A DNA stretch of 64,000 bases from Mobula hypostoma (lineage: Eukaryota). The position numbers and the translations under genes were made by a program. The stretch lies in the NCBI RefSeq assembly GCF_963921235.1, contig NC_086097.1, positions 64,296,001-64,360,000 on the forward strand, read 5' to 3'. The notes under the pieces were generated by a model that saw nothing but the letters and a program-made list of their open reading frames with translations, was not told the origin of the DNA and ran no database searches. Below are positions 15,701-27,700 of the stretch, piece after piece; the stretch's first letter is position 1; each line of letters starts with the position of its first letter.

Positions 15701-18700
15701 CAGATGAGATACAACGTTGACAAATGTACGGTTGTACATTTTGGAAGAAGAAATAATCGGGCAGATTATTATTTAGATGGGGAGAAAATTCAAAAATCGG
15801 AAGTGCAAAGGGACTTGGGGGTCCTCGTGCAGGATACCCTAAAGGTTAACCACCAAGTTGGATTGGCAGTAAGGAAAGCGAGTGCTATGTTGGCACTCAT
15901 TTCAAGAGGAATAGTGTATAAGAGTAAGGAGGTGTTGATGAGGCTCTATGGGGCATTAGTGAGACCTCATTTGGAATACTGTGTGCAGTTTTGGGCCTCC
16001 TATCTTAGAAAGTTTGTACTGATGTTGGAGAGAGTTCAGAGAAGATTTACGAGGATGATTCCTGGAATACAGGGGCTAACATATGAGGAGCGTTTGTCGG
16101 CTCTTGGATTGTATTCATTAGAGTATAGAAGAATGAGAGGGGATCTCATAGAAACATTTTGAATGTTGAAAGGGTTGGACAGAGTAGATGTGGAAAGGTT
16201 GTTTCCCTTGCTGGGTGAGTCCAGGACAAGAGGCCATAGTCTTAGAATTAGAGGGTACCCAGTTAAAACAGAGATGAGGAGAATTTTTTTTTAGCCAGAG
16301 GGTCGTGGATTTATGGAATTCGTTGCCACATACAGCTGTGGAGGCCCGATCATTGAGGGTCTTTAAGAAGGAGATCATTGAGCATGTTTAAGAAGGAGAT
16401 TGACAGGTATCTAATTAGTCAGGTTATCAAGGGATATGGGGAAAAAGCCGGAAATTGGAACTAGATGGGTGAATAGTTTAGCTCATGGGGGAGCTGCGGA
16501 GCAGACTCGATGGGCTGAATGGCCTACTTCTGCTCCTGTGTCTTGTGATCACCTATACAGTAGGGACAGTTAATTTATCTGGGATGCAGAAACCGCAAAA
16601 CTTATTTAGCTTTCAACTTAGTCTAGCAGTTCTTGGGGCACTAAGTGCAGTTCCTCTAGCAAGTGGGAGTCTATCGGAACCAGCAACTAGGATATATTAA
16701 CTTCAGCCATTCTAGATTCAAAACACAACCTTTTATCCACCACTGCTCCACAGTATCAACTAACATATGAAACACACAAATGGCAAAAGACAACTGATTC
16801 TGCTATCATAAGACAAAGATTTTGTTCAAAAGAATACGTTATTACATTTTGCAATAATTAAAGAAATTTTGTTCAAGTTGATGAGTGTTTAATATTGGAG
16901 CACAAATTTCCTCTTGATTCAAGCCCATGTTTCCTTGATCAATTGTCCAAGCTGAGGTCATTTGCTGTTTTTGTGCCCCAATCTACAGATTTAGGGTGCT
17001 TTTATGGTTGCTTTTAAATCTTACGCCAATAAGCTTTCTTGCTTTACTTGTTTCAATACCATAGCTTCCATTTTATTTGACTTATTATTTGGTGTGATTT
17101 TCTATTTCCTGTAAAACTATGATATTCCTTCTCAAGATTCAGTTAAAACAGAACAGGTAATTTATTGCTTAGAAGCACATTCTTTGAGAAAGTAACAGAA
17201 AGGATAAACAAAGGAGAGTCTGTAGGTGTTGTTTATTTGGACTTTCAGAAGGCCTTTGACAAGGTGCCACACGAGGCTGCTTAACAAGAGCACATGGTAT
17301 ACAGGGAAGATACTAGCATGGATAGAATATTGGCTTTCTGGCCAGAGGCAAAGGGTAGGAATAAAGGGGTGTTTTCCGGTTGACTATTGGTGACTAGTGG
17401 TGTTCTGCAGGGGTCAGTGTTGGGACCGCTTCTTTTTATGTTATATGTCAAAGACTTGGATGATGGAATTGTTGGCTTTGTGGCCATATTTGCGGACAAT
17501 ATAAAGATAGGTGCAGGTCAGGTAGTGTTGAGGAAGCTGGGTGCCTGCAGAGGGATTTGGATAGATTAGGGGAGTTAGCAGAGAAGTGGCAGATGGAATA
17601 TAGTGTAGGGAAGTGTATAGCTATGCACTTTGGTAGAAGGAACAAAGGTATAGACTATTTTCTAAGAGGAGAGAAAATTCAAAAATCAGAGGAGCAAAGG
17701 GACTTGGGCGTTGTCATGTAACCGAAAAAAAGTGAATGGTTGAGCAGGATGATAAGGTGCCCAAAACTGGGCTAAATATGTTCTCCAGTACCAAAAATGA
17801 AAAGATATTTACAATCTAACTCTCCCAGTAGCACTAATGCAAAGATAAAAGTCATACAAAGTAGGAAATGACAATAAACACTAATATAAAGACAATACTT
17901 AGATTAAAACATACTTACTCTCAAATTTTTGTCCATCATATTGAAAAGCATTGAAAGAATCTGAATGGCTATCAGAACTAACAAGATCACTACTTCCTGC
18001 ACTGGCTGGAGATGTCCACTCAGATGGGACTCCAGGGTCATCAACAGGTCGTGTCTGATTCTGTCTGTTCAGCAAATCAGGAAGATCCTTTGGCACTTCC
18101 AAACTACCAGGACTGCTTCCCCTTCTCAAAATATTCTAGTACAAAAGAAAGTTATTAACTTAAAAAAAATCATAAAATGCAATGAACTATTGCTGTCACT
18201 TGTACGTTTGGAAGTACTACATGCTAATTTGATTGCATATTTAGATTCACTTTTAATATTCCACTTAGTAAAATTTCATTCATTATTTATATCAACCAGA
18301 ATACTCAGCTGGACACAAAGACTTTACAAAACATCAAAGAAAAATATCTGAAGTTTGCCTGCACCCTGTTTTAATTTTGAAAAATATTTTAAAAATCAGG
18401 TCATTTAACATCATTTTACAGAAAAGTTCGGAGGCTTGATTGTTTTTCCATATGTTATAATTAAAAGAAATAGCCACGTGAGATGAAATAGCTATTAGTA
18501 ACTGCTAGAAATATAATACACAGTAATTAAACTTACCACTGAAGTACCAGTTCGTAATCTTTCTGCTATAAACTCATCCATAAGATCACTAATGTTGGGA
18601 TTACTACTATTTCCAATATCAGTGCTGAAGGGTCGAGGTTTTTGACTAGGCTCCTCCTTGTTGACTGAAAGCAAATGAAGTGCTTTTTTAAAATAACAAT

Positions 18701-21700
18701 TTCATAATCTTGCAAAAACACATAATTTACTCATTATAGCAATAAAAAGGAATTTAGCATTGCAAGGGTTACTTGCCAAATCATGCAGTTTCCCAAGAAA
18801 TATCCTATCCTTACTGTGTGCAATTAGAAGTAATCACAAGTTAGCATTAGCATAATTTACATCAACATTAGTAAAGGTTAACAATTTTTAATCTTTGATG
18901 ATAGAAAAATTACAAGTTAGACTACCATCAACATTTTTCTTCCAAACTTGCAATATTAATTCAAGCACTATTTTTCTGTAACCTTGCTTCAAAACTTGAA
19001 AAGATTAAACCATTTATTTTAGGTTCACTTTCATGAAAGCCAAAATATGAATTTCTACAAATGTGATGTCTCAACTAGACTATTGAGAGATTGTGTTCTA
19101 AAGTACACAAATGCTGCCCTCTAGTGCTAAAGATATGTAAAGTACATTAAACGCAGATTGACTATGCTTCCACAACTAACCACAATTGAATTTACTTTCA
19201 AAGATTAACAACTGAAAACCTGCGCAAACACACACACAAAAAAAGAAACATTAGTATTAATTTTATGAGGGGTCAAATGCTTTGCCAGGACATACCAGCT
19301 GATCAAAAGCGCATGCAAAACCAATTAAAAGCAGTGTTCATCCCCAAGCTATTTGATTGCTTAAAGCTTTTCAGTTGCATCAAGCCAAACAGGTGCTTCT
19401 TTGTGCTTTGCACACTGTTAGTGCTCACCTGCAACTTTCCTTCCAAAATATCCCAAAACATGACTGTACAGATCCCTCAGTGGAGCCTCTGCTGGTACTT
19501 TTCTCTGTCTCTGTGGGGAAACATTTGCCTTCGACTTTGAAAAAGCGTGTACAACAGTTCTATAAACACTGCCTAGGGAACTTTGCTGCTGCACAGATTC
19601 CTGTAAGCTACAGGACCTGATCGCTTCATGACCGGTCACCTGACTACAACCTGTACTTCCCTTCAGTACTGGGACACTTGTAGCAGTAATCAATGTTGAC
19701 TTTCGGTTCTTGCATTCATTATGAGAAACTTTAGTGTCTAGAAGTTTATAGACACCGTGTTTCACTGAATCAGTTGGCGCCGATGAACCACTGCTGAAAC
19801 CACTAAGTCTTCGAAGCCTGAACTTCCAGTGAGCTTCCTTACTGTCCAATGGGCTGTGGAACTGCACAGATTCAGTAAATGGGCTAAAACTAACATGCAA
19901 GCTGCCATCTTTTTTCTTATTTGCTGTGCTTAAAAACTGTGTCTCTGATGATGCTGCAGTGATTTCTTGGTTAGCTGTAGAATTTTGTGCACTTAAAGCA
20001 GCAAGTGAGTCAGTAATTGTGGTACCATGTGGAATTTTATTTGAATACATGCTATATGCATCAGTTATCTCATTGGCAAATTCAGTGACATTTGAAGTTT
20101 GATAATTGGCATCAGATAGCTGCTTCCTTTTACTATGACCTACTACTTTGTTGAAATTCTGCACGGATCTATGATGATTTGCTGATAATATCACATTTCT
20201 ATGTTCTACCCCAGTTGCCTTCTGGTGAGTAAAGACTTTTCTCCTCTGTTTGCAATCTGGATTTTCTGAGTCCATCTTTGATGAAATCCCCCGGTCAAAG
20301 CTTTCAACTTGTTTACTATTATGCTGTTCAATATTAGTCTCTGGTACCTTATTTTCTCTATAAGATAACGTATCAATACTCAGAAAATCCTCTTCTGGAT
20401 ATGGAGAAGAGTTTTCGCCATTTTTGAGGTCTTGCGTTTTTACCAGTGTGTTACTTTCCCCTCCCAAAACCACATCCTGGCTATAAGCACCATACATTCT
20501 CACTAGACCCGCACAATCCAACTCTGTCTCATCTACCATCAACTCATTATCTTCATTTAAAGGAATAGTAGTTTCATCTTCCCCCAAGCTCTGTTTGGTA
20601 TGCTCAGACTCTTGAATAGTCTCATTAAAGTATTTCCGTATGGAAGACAGCAAGTCAGGCTCACTGTCATCTACTGTGTGCTGACTGTACTCATAATAAG
20701 ATGCTACAGTTCCTACATCTACAAGGTGACAAAGATGATCATAAATACTATCACCGACTTCCAAAGAGCCTTCTTGTGCATCTGTAAAGTCACTTTCATT
20801 GGACCTAGATAATAAAATCACTTCTGCAGAACACTGCAAACTTGAAGGAACTGATGAGCTGTCAATAACAGGAACTGCACCTTTAGCTCTTTCAGCTATG
20901 AATGGTTCCATTATGTCTGATGTGCTGCTGCTTCGTGGCATTGCCTGATCTTCACGTGCAGTGCTGAATACTTCAGAGGTATTTTCTTCACTCTGAGAAT
21001 AATGCCTTATTCGAGTAGGCCGGGACATAATTTGGGCATCATCAAGATCTTGAAAACAAATCAAAATTAACAGTTATAATCTCAGGGGATTGGGATTTTC
21101 CCACCAAAGTATTATGACTATAAGGCTTCCCTTGCATGTGTCCAAGGCAGCTCAGGACAGAATATTGAAAATTAGCTTAAGGGACAGAAATATGACCACT
21201 GAGATCAACACACCTGACCACTATGAATCATCAATTATGTGTAAAATTATGCAAAATGCTCTCCCAGTTATCCAATTGTTAGTATTTTGAATTAGTTACC
21301 AAACTTATATTGTGGATTTCCAGACTTTTTTTTAGTCAATTTCTCACTATTAGAATGACTAGGCTAAATGGAAGAGCATTGTTTAAGCATGCAAGCCTTC
21401 TCATCCCCAAACTCATTACTTGCAGAAAAATTATTAAGGATCACGACAATTCAGAAAACACAAACACAAAAACGAAGCCATTTCAAACAATGAAAATCAA
21501 TCACATTTTACAACTTGCAAAATCTTTAAGATCTGTGATGTCTAAACCCCCCTTAGTTTTGATAAAATTATATATCAACTATGCAAGGTTTAGCAATGTT
21601 AATTCACTTCTTTAAATACTATGGGAATGCACAAGCTAAAACACAAACCTTCGAATTTTCAATTCTGAAGAGTCCTGCCCAAATTATTTTCTCACAGAGC

Positions 21701-24700
21701 CTGCTAACCTATTTACAACCAGCGTCTTTGTTTCACATTTATTTTTAAATGTTATATACATAACACATGCATTTGCCAATTGCTAGTGCTAATTAATTTA
21801 GCATCAAACCAAGCTTTTAAATTCTACTCCATTTTGCAATTCCTATTAATTGCTATGCAGTTAGAATTGCCAAGCAGTAATAAGACAAATGGTAAACAGG
21901 CAGAGGAAGTAAGCAGAGCTGGAACTACCTGGAAGATCATCAAAAAAGGGGGTGAGGACTAAGTCAAGCAGGTAAGGATTGGAAGAATGGAGCAGAACAG
22001 GTGCACTTTTAGCATTGCGCATAGAGGCCGATGGACAAACACAATCATCAATGGATCGGCTTCCGATGGCTTTAAAAAAAAGTTAAAAATTAAGAGAAAA
22101 GAATGGAATAGAAGCCAAGAATAGTAGTAATAAAAAAAAAGTCTTCACAAAGACAAAACTAGGACATACAAAAACAAACAACAGAACAGCAGAAGACAAT
22201 TCTGTGAACTACCATGAACGAGGAGTTCAGATAGACTAACATAACATTTCAAATTCAGTAACAGGATAAATTTTATTCAATTTTCATTCATTTTAATATC
22301 TTCCACACAAAGTAGTAAAATAAAATAGTGAAATTTGCAAAGACGACAATAGAACAGTGGTGGCAAATTGCTCAAGGATGTATTTCAGGTTTACAGGGAA
22401 AACAACCAACTATAGTTTTAGAACGCAAACAACAGGAATTCTGCAGATGCTGGAAATTCAAGCAACATACATCAAAGTTGTTGGTGAATGCAGCAGGCCA
22501 GGCAGCATCTCCAGGAAGAGGTAGAGTTAACGTGTCAGGACAAAGGGTCTCGGCCTGAAACGTCGACTGTACCTCTTCCTGGAGATGCTGCCTGGCCTGC
22601 TGCATTCACCAGCAACTTTGATGTGTGTTGCTATAGATTTAGAATTTTAGCTTCAAAGCTGCACAAGAAAAAAAAATGAAGCTGTAGATTTGATTGCTGG
22701 AAAGGGGTTTTCAACTAATCCAAACAGAGATGATCATCAACTGCATTTATGACAAAAAGCTTTTTCAAGATAAGATTAAATAAATGACAAGGATGTGAAG
22801 TAGTATCTGAAACTCAAACCATTTAACTATCATCTAATTCTGCAAGTACTTGTTGATGCAGATAAAGCAAGCAAAGAGTAATATCTCTGGAACTGCTTTC
22901 TGTTCCATGAGGAGTGGAAACGAGAAATCATGAAGAGCACCTTACAAGTTTCAAGGCCTACACTTATGCCAGAATCCTCATCATGGTGATACGTTCATGG
23001 AACAACTGGAGCAATTCTGCACAAACACATTGGCATTCCTCATAAATACAAAGCTACTGGGCTACATTGTTTACCTCTTTAACATAGTATATTGTTGCAT
23101 ACTTAAATGAACAAAAACCATACAAAACAATGAAAAGAGTTTAATTTTTAAAGTGATAGAATTGTAAAGCCGAGGAAGTAATAGAATACTCATTACCGTA
23201 TCCAAATGTATTCCCTTGATATTGAAGTTGACTCTAGTTATGTGGGTTTCAAGGCATATCATGCCCTTGAGTCTGGCAGATTCTTTCACAGATGGCTTGA
23301 CTGGACAGACAGAAATGGGTAATCTGTCCTTCCACTACATACAAGGGGCTTCTATTTACCCAGCAAATGGTCTTGAAGTTTTCAATCCCTTTCTGGATTC
23401 TCCTTCTGCAATTTCAGCAGTCGGAAGACAGAACTGCTGGAATCAGTATGGATGGCATAACTTTCAACACTCTGAAAGCATTAATGTATCTTATCCTGTC
23501 CGCATATACTGTAGGAGCTTGAAATATTTTGTGTTTTAAGAACCTAGCATGCAAATGATGTGGCATACTCTTTGAAGCCAAGTGAGTGTAATGAAGCCCT
23601 CAACACTGGCACTATTAGCCTACGTTGGATCAGTGATATTGGTTTGCATAGTTAGCCAGTGGATTTCAAGAATATTTCAGTGACAAGGCTGGCAGTATCG
23701 GCTAAATGCCCTGAGGTACTTGTTTGTAATACAGGGTTATTTGGAGCACAATCAGTATTGCAAACTATTCTGTCTCCAGGTAATGTTAAGTTTAGAGCTG
23801 CTGGAGAAGGGACCAAAAACTGGTTTAATGAGGATAATATTAGAACAAATACATCAATCATAAAATACTGAAAGAGATGGCCTAATTCCTCCAAGCAATA
23901 TGAATGCAACAGATTGACCTGATAGAAATTAATTCTGGTAGATTAAGCATCTTTTTATAGTGGTGCAAAGAAATATTGGTCATCAATGCAAGACAGTCAC
24001 GAATAAATCCACAGGACAGGGGTTCCCAACCTTTTTTATGCCATAGACCAATACCATTATGCAAGAGGTCCATGGATGACAGGTTGGGAACCCTGCCATT
24101 GAGGATTCAGGCCATTTATAGTGTGATTAAGTTGAAAAATATAATGCAATATGAAGAAATGGAGATAACCATAATTAATGGTTTTAAAAAGAAGCAAGAA
24201 ATAAAATAGTATGTCAATAAGTTAGAAGAACAGTGAAGTTTTGTGTGAAGCCCAGTACTAGTCTGAACTTGCTATAGGCAAATTCACTATCTTAGTAAGT
24301 ATAACATGTGGAAGCAAGCATTTTTATATGATTAAACAATGATGGCAGAAATTCCTGTTTAATCTCAAACTATTGACGAGGGAGGAAAGTGAAATCAATG
24401 ATAAGAAAATGCAGGTTCTAAAAAGGATTAACGGTGAGCTAATACCAGAAAAAGCAAGTGAATTGCAGTCTGGAAATCAAGGGAATAACGAAGAACAACC
24501 AGCTGTAGAATGTATCACTGTAATGCAGTTGTACATGGGGGAACATGGGATAGCATGCTGTGCTCTGAAATGGACATTTGAAAACTGCACCATGCCCAGG
24601 GGACATCCTTCCAAAGTGGTCATGTGCAAGAGGGGATCAAGGTTAATATGTCATGCTAATATCACTCTCCTCTTTAAGAGGAGGGGGAGGTAAAGATAGG

Positions 24701-27700
24701 AAGTGATAGGCCAGTTCACCTGATTTCAGTGTTTGGCAAGATCCTGAAGTCCATTATTAAGTATGAGGTTTCAGGGAACTTTGGGTAACATGATCAAATA
24801 GGCTCAAGTCAACATGGATTCCTTAGAGGGAAATGTTGTCTGACAGATCTGTTGAAATAACAGGCAGAATAGACAAAGAGCATGTGGTATTACAGAAAAG
24901 GTACTAGCATGCACAAAGATTTGCTGACTGGCAGTGGGTTAAGATTGGATTAAAGAGGTGTTTACTGGTTGGCTGCCGGTATTCCACAGGCGTCAGTGTT
25001 GGGTTCATTACATGAGATGCCAATGATATGGATGACAGAATCGATGGCATTGTGGCAAAGTTTGCAGACAAAACAATAATAGATGGAGACACAGATAGTG
25101 TTGAGGAAGGGGGAGTCTGCAGAAGGATATGGATTGATTTGGAGAATCAGCAAAGAATACACTCTTGGGAAGTATATGATCATGCACATTGGTAGAAGGA
25201 ATAAAGGCACAGACTAGTTTCTAAATGGGGAGAAAATTCAAAAATCAGAGATGCACAGGATCTTTAAGAGTGCTAGTGAACGATTTCCCCAGAAGTCAAT
25301 CTGCAGTTTGAGCTGGTAACAAGGAAAGCAAATGTAATTTTACTATTCATTTAAAAGAGGACTAGAGTATAAAGACAAGAATGTAATGCTGAGGCATTCC
25401 AAAGCATTTATCAGACAACAAGCTGGCATATTGAGCAGTTCTGAGCCCCATATCTAAGAAAGGATGTCAGGGAGCCATTGTAGAGGGTCAAGAGAAGGCT
25501 TACAAAAATGAACCCAGGAATAAAAGGACTAACATGTGGTTTGTTTGATGGCTCTGGGCCTGTATCCATTGCAGTTTAGAAGAATGTGGGGGACATAATT
25601 GAAACCAACCCCATATTGAAAGGAGTAGATAGGATGTACATTCAGAGCATATTTCCAGAATACTTAAAGCAGAGGCATTAGTGGCAAACCGGTTGAATGG
25701 GGCGGGGGGGGGGGGAGAGGGTGAGCTTTGCACAGGTCAAGAAGAAGAATTTTTAAAAAAAGGAGCATTTTGCAGGGCTTGGTACATTAGTTGTGGACCA
25801 ATCAGTTCGCGATTCATTAGCAGGAGCAAATAAAAGTAAAGCAGGGTCAAAGCAGAGCGGCCATTATGTGAGGGGAGCAGTGTAGGAGTGGGAACTTGAG
25901 GCTTTGGCGAGGAGGCATAGGTAGGTAGCAAGTAAAGTTTTCGTAGTGGTTGAATAAAAAGTCACTAAATTACAGCTAATTAAATAAAGGGATGATACAG
26001 GATCAGGTGGTGCGGCTGCATGATGTGGGAGCTGGTGGACCCCATTGTGGTTCCTGGTGATCATGCCACTGTTCAACAAAGGATGTAGGCAAAAGGCAGG
26101 TAACTTATAGGCCAGTTAGTTTAACATCTGTAGTTGGGGTATTGCTTGAAGTTATCCTTAAAGAAGTATAGCAAGGCATCTGGAAAGAAATAAGTCAGTC
26201 CATCAGGCAGACGCAGCATGGATTCAGCAAAGGCAGGTCCTGTTTGACAAACTTACTGGAGTTCTTTCAGGACATAATGAGTGCAATGGATAGAGGGGAA
26301 CAGATGGATGTCATTTACTTGGATATTCCGAAGTTATTCAATAAGGTGCCGCATAAAAGACTTATCCATAAGATAAGGATGCAGAGAGTTGGGAGTGATG
26401 TATTAGCATGGATAGAGAATTGATTAACTAATAGAAAGCAGAAAGTTGGGATACATGGGTGTTTCTCTGGTTGGCAATCAGTGGTGAATGGTGTGCCACA
26501 GGGGTTGGTGCTGGGCCTGCAACTGTTCACGATATACATTAATGATCTGGACCCCTAATTAATAGTAAGAGAAAAGGAGAAAAGGAAAATGGAGAAAATT
26601 TGGAAATTGAGTTTCAATGGGATGTGGGGACGAGTTCAGGATTTCCTGTGGGTTAACTTGCAAGTGAGATGAAAGAAGGCAAGTGTAATGTTTGCATTTA
26701 TTTCAAGGGTATCAATGTTTTGAGGCTTTGTACGGAGCTGGTCAGACTGCATTGTGAGCAATATTACCACGTAAGGAAAGATGTGATGGCTCTGGAGAGC
26801 AGCCAGAGAGTTTACACAGAAATGATTCCAGGAATGAAACGGTTTACATTTGAGCATTTGACATCTCTGCTTCTATACTCAAAGTAATCACATGAAACCT
26901 GCTGGTTATACGTATAGCACAACATGGTCGTCACAACATTGTGGGCCAAAGAGTTTGTAAAACGCTGTAGATTTCTATGATCTATGTAACAACTTCAAAT
27001 TTTCCTAATGGTTACATGGAGCAGTATTTAGATCATCCACATCCAAAAGTGGGACAAATGATCAGACAATAATGTAAAGTTGGCAAGGTTGGCAGCAAGA
27101 CAGGATCTATGTACATGAGGTTCTTGAATTATATTACCAAATGAAGTAATTAGATGGCAAGTAAAGGGTGGAGTAAAGCTTGTTGAATTCAGAAAAAAAA
27201 TGCAGTGTTGAGTACAGTATGTTAGAAGATGCTTTATTATTAGAACTAATGCGAGAGCATCCTCATTGAGCTGAATGAACAAGGATTGGCCTAGGAGAAG
27301 GGTAGTGTGGTCAAACTTAGAAAAGACTATAGGCAAGTCAAAAGGGCAGAGCCTTCACTAGAAATAGGTTTTTTTTTTAAAAAAAAAGCACCAAAATGAC
27401 AAAAGCCTACAACCTCGTCAAATATTGAATCAGAAAATCAGGTTTAGCATCACAGAGTTTGTGAAATAAGAATTGAGAGCTTAAGGAATGCAATTGACTG
27501 AGTCTCTGAAATACTCCACAATCAACTTAGAGAGAACTATTTTGGAAATGGTTTTTAATTATTACAGCCATCCATTCAGATCTGGAACTACTATATATAA
27601 TGAAATCTGCTGCAAACCACAGAAATCCGTTCCTTGGAAATAAGAGAGCTAAAAAAAAAGGTGGGGCTGTTAAACTGCTGTGACTACGCAGGGAGAAGAA

